A stretch of 64,000 nucleotides of DNA, taken from the NCBI RefSeq assembly GCF_030028105.1, contig NC_092384.1, positions 22,079,629 through 22,143,628 on the forward strand. The letters run 5' to 3'. Below, in pieces: positions 47,201 to 59,200 of the stretch (position 1 is its first letter; the number at the start of each line of letters is the position of its first letter). A model generated the notes under the pieces. That model made no database searches, had not been told where the DNA came from, and saw only the letters and a list, made by a program, of their open reading frames with translations. A program made the position numbers and the translations under genes. This DNA is from Mobula birostris (Eukaryota).

Positions 47201-50200
47201 TCTTTTCTTCTTGACTAGGTTTACAACAGCCTTTGTATACCATGGTTCCTGTACCCTACTATCCTTTCCCTGTCTCATTGGAACGTACCTATGCAGAAAT
47301 CCACGCAAATTATCCCAGAACATTTGCCACATTTCTGCCATACATTTCCCTGAGAACATTTGTTCCCAATTTATGCTTCCAAGTTCCTGCCTGATAGCTT
47401 CATATTTCCCCTTACTCCAATTAAACACTTTCCTAACTTGTCTGCTCCTATCCCTCTCCAATGCTATGGTAAAGGAGACAGAATAGTGATCACCATCTCC
47501 AAAATGCTCTCCCACTGAGAAATCTGACACCTGACCAGGTTAATTTCCCAATACCAGATCAAGTACAGCCTCTCCTCTTGTAGGCTTATCGATATATTGT
47601 GTCAGGTAACCTTCCTGAACACACCTAACAAACTCAACCCCATCTAAACCCCTTGCTCAGGGAGATGCCAATCAATATTGGGGAAAGTAAAATCTTCCAC
47701 CATGACAGCCCTGTTATTTTTACACCTTTGCAGAATCTGTCTCCCTATCTGCTCCTCTATGTCCCTGTTACTATTGGGTGGACTATAAATGCTTTGATCA
47801 TTTTCTGTTTCTAATTTCACAGCTATGGAATTGTTATCTGGGAGATACTAACATGCAAGAAACCTTATGAACGTAAGTATGACTGTAACTGTTTTATAAA
47901 AGCTAAATGCAGAGAATGTGCGAAGCCCTGAGCAGAGCAGTCAGTAAGTGTGGAAGGTGAAACAGAGCTAATGTTTCAGTCAAAGACCTTTGTCAGAATT
48001 ACATTTTAATCCCATTAAGTACAACCTGGAGAAATGATGGTTTGAAGCACCTATAGTGTATAGGATTATTAAAAATTAACAGAATCCTGCACTGAAGGAT
48101 TTTATATTATCTTTCTTCTATTTACATTATGTTTTTCATGTTTCCTTGCTCCTTAGTGTTCCGCCCTAACTCACAGAACCTTTCTTGGGACTGATCGTTA
48201 GTGGATCTTGCACTCTTACTCTGGATGTGGCCCCATCTTGTAGTTCGGGTGCTTGATGTGATGTTGGTACTGCTGAAGGCTTTGGGAGCCAGCATGTAGC
48301 CTAAGGAACATTTTATGCTTTGACCTATCTGCCAACATCCACATCCTTGCATGTGTAAGATTTGTACAAGTTGGCCTGGGGGGCAGAATGAAACATCAAG
48401 AGAGATGTTTTACAGTAAAATTCCATAATCCAGCGCTTCTGAGATTTTGATGGTGCTGGATGTGCAGATTTTCTGTCCTGTTAGATGATATTCCTGGTTA
48501 AGACCCCAGCACTTTCTTGGTACGGGAGATAAAGGGAGCAGCAAATAGTTTCAACATACATACGTCAATGTGTGTGGCGTTCTTGACCCCTGACCCCTGT
48601 TCTGGCTGCACATCCCTCCTACACTCTGCACACTCATCTCACTCCGGGAGTGATCCGTGAGTCAGCTGTCAAGCCACTGGAATTTCCTGACAAGTGGGTA
48701 TTGAATTATTGGAGTTTTCCCTGTGTTATTTAAGCCACCCGTCTTCCCATTTGGCGCATTGAATGAGGACATTTTCATTTCTTTAGATGCTGTAAACTCT
48801 GAGCATTTAAAACTGTGTGTGAGCAAAGGAGACAGACCTGACCTGCGGGACATCCCTGAGGATATTCTGAAATCTCATGAGGGACTCGTCAATCTGATGA
48901 AAAAGTGTTGGCTTACAAATCCTGACGATCGCCCTCCCTTTTCAGGTACTCTGGAATTGGAATTGTCAGGTGTAGTGCTTTAGTCTGCGTGCCATCCTGA
49001 CAAATCATGCCATACCTACGTCTACTGAGGTAGTGGAAAGGAAAATGAAATGTGGTATATCATGTTACATTTACAGAGGGCATGCAGTGCAAGTAGACAA
49101 GTTAAGTCCAAGGCCATGTCAACGTAGGCACAGGGATGTACTGGGCCCGTGATGCATACAATATTGATGTCCCATACATCATAAGATATAGCGTATCATG
49201 GGGGATGTAAATTTAACACTAGCCCTAACACTAAGGCAGAATAATAGTTTGGCACAAACTAGATGGGCCGAAGGGCCTGTTTCTGTACTGTAGTGTTCTA
49301 TGACTGTATAAACGCTTTTCTTTAATACTGCCTGTAAAGTTGATCCCTTGAGTTTATAGTGCTAGTGAGTCTCTTTGTAGAGACAAGGAGGGTGTAATAG
49401 TTATCAGGACTGGGTGGGAATTGTTCAGAAGGGTGGTGATGGAAGGGGAAGGGGTGTGGGAATGGTCTGGGGGTGGGGACAGATGGGGAGTGGGTGTTAG
49501 TCCAGAAACAAGCAGGCGCCTGGTTTCTGTGGATGGGTGGATACTGTGCCCCCTGGTGACTCTGTTTAATGTCTGCTGTTTCCTCCCAGAGTGTGTCTAC
49601 AATCTCGAGGCAGAGCTGCAGAGTGAGGCAGAGCTCCGAATGGCAGTGCAGGCCCTGGCACAGCAGGTATAGCTTCCCAAGCGGGCACGTGCTTNNNNNN
49701 NNNNNNNNNNNNNNNNNNNNNNNNNNNNNNNNNNNNNNNNNNNNNNNNNNNNNNNNNNNNNNNNNNNNNNNNNNNNNNNNNNNNNNNNNNNNNNNNNNNN
49801 NNNNNNNNNNNNNNNNNNNNNNNNNNNTATGTGTATTTGAGTGTGTGTGTGAGTGTGAGAGTGTGTGCAGCTATAGAACAGCAGGACACATGGGGAAAGG
49901 AGAGAGCAGTGGTTTAACTAGTAGAGCCACATCCTCATAACCCCCGTCCCCCGTCCCCCATCCCCCGTCACCCGTCACCCGTCTCCGTCCTGATGTCAGT
50001 GTGCAGTTTACACCTTCTCAAAGTAACCACACAGGTTTCCTCAAGCCCTCTAGTTTTGTCCCAAATCCCAGAGACAGACAACGTGGTAGGTTACACATCC
50101 CTGGTGAGAGAGTGAGTGGCTGAGTTTAGTACAGACTGCTGCCAGTACACTGCCCTTTATTGTTCTGGCATTTCTACAGCCTTTCTATGTTGACTGTCCT

Positions 50201-53200
50201 GCGAAACACCAGGTAACTCCTGACCTTTGTAATCATCACATCTTTGCATAAGGTGTTGGCGCACACTCCTGTACAGAGAACAGAGCAGTTATACGAGGCT
50301 GTTGTTGAACAGAAGGGCCTGAGTTACGGGGAAAGGTTGAACAGGTAAAGACTTTATTCCCTGGGGCATGAGAGAACGAGGGCAGATTTGATAGAGGAAT
50401 GCTAAATTATGAGAGGTACGGGTAGGCCAAGTGCAAGCAGGCTTTTTCCACTGAGGTCGGGTGAAACTAGGACTTGAGGTTATGGGTTAAGGGTGAAAGG
50501 TGAAATGTTTAACGGTGACATGAGGGGTAATTTCTTCACTCATAGGGTGGTGAGGGTGTGGAATGAGCTGCCGGTGGAAGTGGTGGAAGCAGGTTTCATT
50601 TCAACATTGAAGAGAAGTTTGGATGAGTACATGGATGGGAGAGGTATGGAGGGCTATGGTCCAGGTGCGGGTTGATGGAACCAGCCAGAATGAGAGTTCA
50701 GTATAGACTGGATGAGTTGAAGGGCCTGTTTTTCTACTGTAGTGTTCTATGACTCCATATCTCCATGTATTTCTTACTGTACCCCAGCTTTACTGAGTAC
50801 AGTTCAAGCATGGAGACACTTTTAACTCTCATCCATCTTCCCTTGATTCAGCTTTGTTCACTGAGGCACTGTTACAGTAGATCTCAAACTACCCCATCTG
50901 GCGCCAACAATCATTGCACAGTCAAAGTCACTTAGGTCACATTCTGATGTTTGGTCTGAACAACAACTGAACCTCTTGGCCATGTCTGCATGCTTTTATA
51001 CATTGAGTTGCTGCCACGTGATTGTCTGATGAGATATTTGCATTAAAGAGCAGGTGTACCTAATAAAGTGGCCACAGAGTGTATATGATTGTGTATCTAC
51101 TATATGTAATGTACATGAGTATGGCAAAACAAATAGTTTATTGCAACTGCAACTGGTAAATTTCTGTGTATGTTTTATTTAAGATAAAATCAGAAAATGC
51201 TGGAAATATTCAGCAGGCCAGGCAGAATCTGTGGAAGGGCAAATGCGAGGCTAAACTGTATCAGTTTTTGTCTTAGCAGAATGGGGGGATGGTGGCGATC
51301 TTATTAAACTGTACAAGATCCTGAAGGGATGCGATGGGGGAGAAGTTGAGAAGCTTTCACTACAGGGAATGTCTCAATGAAAGGGTCATAATTAAAGAAT
51401 AATAGTAGATCAATACAGTCCATTCAGCCCACAACATTATACTGACCTGTATAAGCCTACTCCACACTCAATCAAATGCATTCTTCCGTCACAGTGTGCC
51501 TCTATTTTCATTACGTCCGTGTGCCTGGGTGGCTTTGCCATTTACAAACCTTTTCCTGCACGAGCCTGATGTAACATTCCAGCCGGTCACTTGGAGCTGT
51601 TGGGAGGATTACTAGGAAGGCCTAGTAGGAGGTGATGGAAATCCAGACTGAGCTCAGATGCAACTAAAACCAACCCTTGCACTTAGTTTACGTTTGTTTC
51701 TTCGTGGAATGAAGATGGGAAGCTGTCCCTTTGTCCTGGAATTGTATGGTAATATGGTTTCCTCCCAACTAGGCAGTTTGCCTGGTGCACAGACGTTTGA
51801 GCTTGGAGTAAGATTGGGCTGAGGGTCACTTAGCATGCCTTGTCACTCAAAGCAGTCAGTGCTAATGTGATTGTGACTTCAAATTAATATTCCCACCCAC
51901 TCTCAGCGACCCTTCACCCCTGCTATCATGAACCTACTTACCTCTGCCTTAGAAAGATATGCAGTGTCTTGCTTCCACTGCCCTTTGAGGAAGAGAAATT
52001 CCAAAACTCAGCATCCCTTGTGTTAACATGCAAGACTTTACTTTTAAACTGTTACACCTTTTCCCCAGCTCTGAATACATAAACAGAAACATCCTCTTCA
52101 TGTCCACCCTCTCAAGTCCTTTCAGGATCTTAAATGTTTCACTCAAGTCTCCTCTCACTCTCCTTAACTCTTCCGAAGACAACCACCCGTTCTGGAAACA
52201 GTGTCCTGTGTCTCCCGAGCACCTGGTCACTTTGCTGTGACTGCCCGTTCAGAGCGAATGGGGAAGGGTGGTAACCCAGATTCAGAGGGTATTGAGGACA
52301 CTGGAGGTAATGGAATTGGAATTGGTTCATCATTACCACATACTGAGATGCCGTGAAAAGTTTACCTTGCACACTGTTCATTGCGCAGTGTGTTGAAGTA
52401 CTACAAAGTAAAACGACAGCAATACAGAATAAAGTGTAACAGCTACAAAGGAAATGCAGTCTGGAAAAAAGAAGGGTGTAAGACCACTGCAAAGTAGATT
52501 GTGAGGTCAAGAGTCCATCTTATCACACAAGAGGTTCATTCAAGAGCGGTACAGAAGCTGCCCTTGAGCTTGGTGGCACGTGCTTTCAGGCTTTTGTATT
52601 TTCTGCTCGATGGGAGAGGGAAAAATGCCCAATGTCGGGATGGGTGGGTCTTTGATTATGCTAGCTACATAACTGAGGGGAGGTTGGTTTCCGTGGTATG
52701 CTGAACTGGGTCCACGACTCTGCAGTTTCTTGCGGTCACGTGCGTAGCAGTTACCATCCCAAGCCATGATACGTTCAGGTAGAAGGTGCCCAGAGGGAGC
52801 CAGATGTCAAGGTGAGGTCTCAAGGCCCATTGAGTAGACCATCCCAAAGAAATACGAAGAAAGGAGAGGAGAAGTGAAGTTGGGTTTGAAAAGTTTGTCA
52901 AGCAGGGAAGAGGGATCCCAGAGGGAAATCTTTGAAGTCTGGGGCAGAAACAAAATAGAGTGACAAACTGTGGCAACTTAGTCTGAATTTCACCACCGTG
53001 AGGGAGCAGGGGTTGGGAAGCTAGTGAATTCAGCACTAAATACAATCACAAAAAATGCAGATGATGGAAATCCGAACCAGAATGTGAAAATGCTGGAACC
53101 ACATCCACAAAGGATGAGCTGCTCTGAATTGCCTCGTTATTTTCTGGCCCTGTGTGATTTTGCTTTTCTCTGTGCAGGAGTCCACTTGCGTAGACAGAGC

Positions 53201-56200
53201 CTGGGATACAAGACGCGATGTGAATGACAGCGTCAGCCTCTGTGGTAATTGCGAATTAGTGCTTCTTTCCTAGACTCTGACAGAAGAGCAAGATTCTTGT
53301 TCTAGCTTGGAGTTTCTTATCAACTTTTCCACATGCCAGTGGTTAACTTTTGTCTTAACCATAGAACGACACAGCACCTTACAGCACCTGGCCCACGATG
53401 TTATGCTGTGCTTTTAGCCTCCTCCAAGATCAATCTAACCCTTCCCTTCCACATAACCCTCCATTTGCTTTCATCCTTGAGTCTATCTAAGAGTTTCTTA
53501 GATCTCCCTAATGTATTGCTGTCTACCACCACCTCAGCAGTACAATCCCTGTACCCACCACTCTCTGTGTAAAAGACCCATCTTTGATATCTTCCCTATA
53601 CTTTGCTCTAATCACCTTAAAATTATGCCCCCTTGTGTTATCCGTTTCTGCCCTGGTGAAAGGTTGCTGTGGCTGTCCACTCTATCTATGCCTTTTACCA
53701 TTTATACACCTTTACCACTTATCCTCTTTTGTTTCAAAGAGAAAAGCCTTTGCCTGCTCAACCTGTCCTCTGAAACATGCTTTCTGACCCAGGACGTATC
53801 CTAGTAAATCTCCTCCGAGCCATCTCCAAAGCTTCCATGTCCTTCCTATAATGAGGTGACCAGAACTGAACACTGTAAGGTCTAAACAGAATATTATAGA
53901 GCTGCAACATTATCTTGTGGCTTGTGAATTCAGTCCCCCAAAGAATGAAGGCCAGCACATCCCATCACCACTTGCTGCTTGCATGGCAATTTTTGAGGGA
54001 TCTATGGACATGGACCCTCAGATCCCTCTGTTCCTCCACACAGATCAGATTCCTGCCGTTAACCCTGCACTCTGCCTTTAAGTTTGACCTTAAGTGAATC
54101 AATTCATACTTTTCTAATTGAACTCCATCTGCCACTTCTCAGCCTAGCTCTGCATCCTACAACAACCTTCTACACTATTCAAAACACCAGCAACATTTGT
54201 GTCATCTGCAAACTTATTAACTCACCCTTCCACTTCCTTATCCGAGTCATTTATAAAAATCTCAAAGAGCAAATCCCCGTGGAACACCACTGGTCACCGA
54301 CCTCCAGGCAGAATAAGCTCCATCTGCTACCACTCTCTGCCTTCCGTGGTCAAACCAGTTCTGAATTCACACAGCCCAGTTTCCCTGGATCCCATGCCGC
54401 CTGTCTTTCGGTACAAGCCTACCATGGAGAGCTTTATCAAATGCCTTTTGAAAATCTGTATACACTACATCCACTGCTCTACCTTCATCAATGTGTTTTG
54501 TCACTTCCCCAAATAATTCATGCAGGCTCGTGAAGCACAACTTGTCCCTCACAAAGCCACCAATGCTTGTAAATCCTGTTTCTAAGGATCATCTCCAATA
54601 GTTTTCCCACCACTGACCTGAGATTCACTGGTCTATAATTCCAAAGATTATTCCTATGACCTTTCTTGAACAGAGGAGTAGCATTTGCCCCCCTCCAACC
54701 TTCTGGTACTAATCCTGTGGCCAGTGAGGGTGCAAAGATCATCACCAAAGTTGCAGAAACCTTTTCTTTTGCTTCCTGTAGTAACCAGAGGCATATCCCA
54801 TCTGGTTTTGGGGTCTCACCTATCCTAGAGCCTTGCTAAAGTTCCAAGGCAGCTGCTTTCTAAATGTCAATGTGTTCCAGCATATCAGCCTGTTTTATGC
54901 AGTCCTGCCATTCACAAAGGTCTCTTTCACTGGTGAATACTGAAATAAGGTATTCATTGAGGGCATCCCCGACCTCCTCTGACACAAGGGACCTTTCCTC
55001 TTTTAACCTGTTTCGTCCTACCCTGACTCTAATCATTGTGTTCTTCACATACGTGAAGGGGCTTTCCTTAATCTTACTCAGCAAGGCCTTCTCATGTCCC
55101 CTTCTAGAACTCCTAAATCTCTTGTTAATCGCTTTCCTGGCAACCTTTTAATTCTCCAAAGCCCTGTCTGATCCTTGTATCCTAGAACTTAACTAAGCTT
55201 CCTTCTTCCTCTTGACAAGATGTTCCACCTCTCTTGCCAACCACGATTTCCTCACATGGCCATCCTTTCCTTGTTTTTTATATAGTTTTACACATTTTTG
55301 TCTTTTTGCCATTTCCCACCTTTGGGACACCCCTGTGATTTAACCAGGGCACTAAGAGAGAGTTGGAACAGCAACACACCTTCCCCATGCTGGAATTATC
55401 AGAGATCGGTTTGGATCACTCCTCAGTCCATGCAGGCTACTGCATCACAGAATAGAGCCCCCCATTCCTCAGGGAGAACAGACCCCCCCCCGTTCCTCAA
55501 GGAGAACAGACCCCCCCCCCCCGTTCCTCAGGGAGAACAGACCCCCCCCCCGTTCCTCAAGGAGAACAGACCCCCCCCCCCGTTCCTCAGGGAGAACAGA
55601 CCCCCCCCCCCGTTCCTCAGGGAGAACAGGAGAACAGAGCCCGTACCTCAGGGAGAACAGACCCCGTTCCTCAGGGAGAACAGAGCAAACAGGGAACTGA
55701 CAGAAAAAAAAGACATAAGAATATGCTCTTTGACATCTAACTTTACAGTTATAAGATCTCAGTTATTCTTTTTGATCCTTAGAAGTTCTTAATTGGTCCG
55801 GCAGTACTTTTGAAGTGGGGACTGTCTGATATCCCCAAGGTGGCCTGTCACCAGCAGAGGTGTCGAGAAAAGCTCCTGTCAGGGACCCTGTCCTCCTTCG
55901 AGTGACCACCCTCTTCTCCAAGAAACAGGATTAGGCCCAAGATAAATAAATATAACTCCAGAGGAAAAGGATTTTAAAAAAACAAGAGGCCTCTGTGTTC
56001 CAGCTGTGGAAGCTGTGATAGAGTGCCTGTGGTTGCTCTGACCAGGTGCTGGGTGTCAGGTCAGCAGAGGCAACGAGGAGCTCATTTGATGATACTTCAA
56101 ACAAATAAAGTCCAAGCCTGAGTCTTCCTCAATTGGGCATGAGTTTTGCTCAGTGGAATATCCTGAGCTGATTTGGTTCAGCCTGCAGGTATAAGGTCTT

Positions 56201-59200
56201 CGTCACCGATCGTCCAAGGCTGTACTGAGTTCCTGCAGTGTGTTGGTACTCAACTCCGCACCAAATGCTGAAACCACTCAGCAGGTCAGGCAGCATGAGT
56301 GGAGCCTGGGCAGCAACCCGCTCTTCACGTGCCAGACGTCTCCAAGGTGTCAGTGGACCTCTTCCCAGCCCGTGTAGGCTGCTGTTTCTCAGAACAGAGC
56401 ACCCCAGTGAGAAGGAGGTGGCAGTGGAGGTCCAAGTACATCCTTCTGTGGATCCTTGCCATACTAGATCATGGGGTAGCAAGGGTGGGGGCCCTGAATC
56501 TTCTGGATGGGGTGCCAGGACTCAAGTTCTGAGATGATGGCCTCTTCCTAGAATCATGACTGGCTGTTTAAAATAGACAGCATCCAGTTTGTACATGGAG
56601 TTTGAGCTCAGATACTCTGTGGCTGAACTTCATTCTGTGCCTAGCTGCTCTTTGACAAAATCCACAGAGGCTGACTAAACCTTGGACCTTGATATTACCG
56701 TGCTTGCACAGATCATTCAGCCAATCAAGTCTATACCATCCCCGAGAAGAGCTCTCCCATCTCTTCATTAGAATGTAGATAATAAAACTACCTTTATCTC
56801 AATATATAAACTCAAGATCTCAGCCCGAAACAGCAACTGTTAATTCCTGTTTCTATAGATGCTGCCTGACCTGCTGAGTTTCTCCAGCATTTCATGTGTG
56901 TTGCTCTTTATCTCAGTACATTGCTATTGTATATCTAAATACACAATAATGCTGTACTTGGATAATGGCACGTGTGGTATTTTCTGTACCCTATAAACTA
57001 CCTGGAAAGATTATAAGCTTGTGTCATTTTAACTTGCCTCTTTCACGTTTTAAAAAACTTTGTGCAGTTCTTGGCGCCACCACCAGATGGCATTGCAGGC
57101 TATCGTTCACTGTGGTGACCAAATCCGTGTCCTTGCACTCCGAAATACACAATTCACTCTGCTCAGTGTAATTCTTACTACATTATTCCCAGCTGATCGC
57201 TAATGGTTTCTTGTTTTGTTTAGAACCCGTTGAGGAACAGAATGAAAACTTCAACCTTGTCGGTGAGTCATCTGAACAGTGACACCTTCAGTGGTGGGAA
57301 TTATTTCCCTGTTGGCTGGACTGATGCCATCTGGGGCCAAGGTGCTAGGTACCTGGAGAGTGCCCTGTTTAAGTGTGGAGAAGATGGTAGTGGAGGTGCA
57401 AGTGATGTCTACCATGGATCCTTGCCACGCGGGACTGAGGTGTGGCTAGAGGTGAGGTCTTTGGACTCAAGCTGTTGAGTCTGAATCCCCTGGATCTCCT
57501 GACTGGCTTCCGGGAAGGGTAGGAGTGACTGGAGTAACTGCAGGTGTCCTCAGTAGGTGCTGAGAAAGCTATTCACAGTGAAGTTGCTTCTGTCACCGGT
57601 GAGTCTTGTGCCCTGTTGCAGGAGGATTGGTGGGGCCACAACGTGAACCTTGACCTTTAAATTCTGAAAATAGCCTCCCTCAAGAGAAAAGCTCAGCTAA
57701 TGAGCTGCTCTTTGGCTCTTTTCGGTTGTACCTTGTCAAGCAAAGGGGACCATGAAAACGCCTTCTGAAATTCAGCTGCCCAGAAATCTCTGACTGCTGT
57801 ACTACATATGGGGCCTGATAATGACAAGCTGTGATCCCAACCCAGGAGACACAATTCCGCTGCACGCTGGAGTTGTGCTTGTTCATCTTCCCTTCTTCAA
57901 CCTTCAAACTCACTCTGACAACTCTGCTCACTTCTGTCCTGCTGTTATCAGACTCCTGAATGAAATTCTTGTACAATAAGGCAGACTCTTGGCCTCAGAA
58001 TCGGCCTCTTTTTATTTTATTTTATTCTGCATTGTACTGCTTTACCTTTGTCTAGTTTAAATCATTGTGTAATGATGAAGAGTGAATAATGTGTGAAGCA
58101 AATTTAAGATAAGCTTTTCACGGTATCTCGGTACATGAGACAATAATAAACCAATGCCCATCCCTATGTCACCTCCAAAAGGCTTCTGTCTGGACTGGAT
58201 GAGCGGGAAGCCATTCAAACGTCAACTCTTGCAGTGGAGAACCAGGACACCCAAGCTGCAGTCATTGACAGAGTACTCAGCTTCTGAGACCCCCTGGTCG
58301 TGTTGTCACTAAGGAGTGCGGGGGGGGGGCGCGAGAGCAGATGGGGAGGTTCAGACGAGTACATCCAGTGGTAAGTCCCAAAAGGGGACTGGACAAGCAG
58401 TTCCAGGTAGAAAGAACAAACAGTGGGGCTAATTAGAGATTCGGAGTGCAGGAGGAGGGAAAATGGGTTGAATAGGTTTCTCAGCTCCCTGTAACAAACT
58501 ACTGGGACAGTTGCCATAACCAGACTAGTCTGTGATGATGAGACTTCTGACCCAATAAAATGGGATCCACTCCTGATCTGTTCTTTCTGTGGTCTTCCCC
58601 ATGATTTTTCAGAGCCCGTCCCGGAATCCGTCTGGAAGGAAGGCATGTCTGGTGAGTCTGTTGTGCTCTTTTTGTGCCAGTATGCAACTTCCGGGGGTCT
58701 TCACCAGCCTGGATTCCAATCCCATGACATGGGGCAGAGGTGACAGAAAAAGGTGACGTTAGAAGGGAAAAGATGAAATATCAAAGCAAGCTAGCAAATA
58801 ATATCAAAGTGAATAGTAAAATCTTTTTCAAGTATGTAAAAAATAAAAGAGAAATGAGAATGGATATAAGACCACTAGAAAATGAGGCAGGAGAAATAAT
58901 AATGGGGGAAAAGGAGATGGCAGATGAACTAAATGAGTATTTTGCATCATTCTTCACTGTGGAAGACACTAGCAGTGTGCCGGATGCTGTAGTGTGTGTA
59001 GGAAGAGAAGTGGGTGCTGTTACTCTTAAATGTCACTCCACTCTTTAACAAAGGAGGAAGACAGCAGAAAGGAAATTATAGACCAATTAGCCTGACCTCA
59101 GTGGTTGAGAAGATGTTAGAGTCAATGGTTAAGGATGGGATGATGGACAGGACAAGATAGGACAAAGTCAGCATGGTTTTTTTAAAGGAAAATTCTGCCA

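Noticed and set aside
55800-58730. Possible very old L1/Tx1-like element on the minus strand
   Set aside because: No convincing RT or endonuclease motif could be read, so it is left unannotated.
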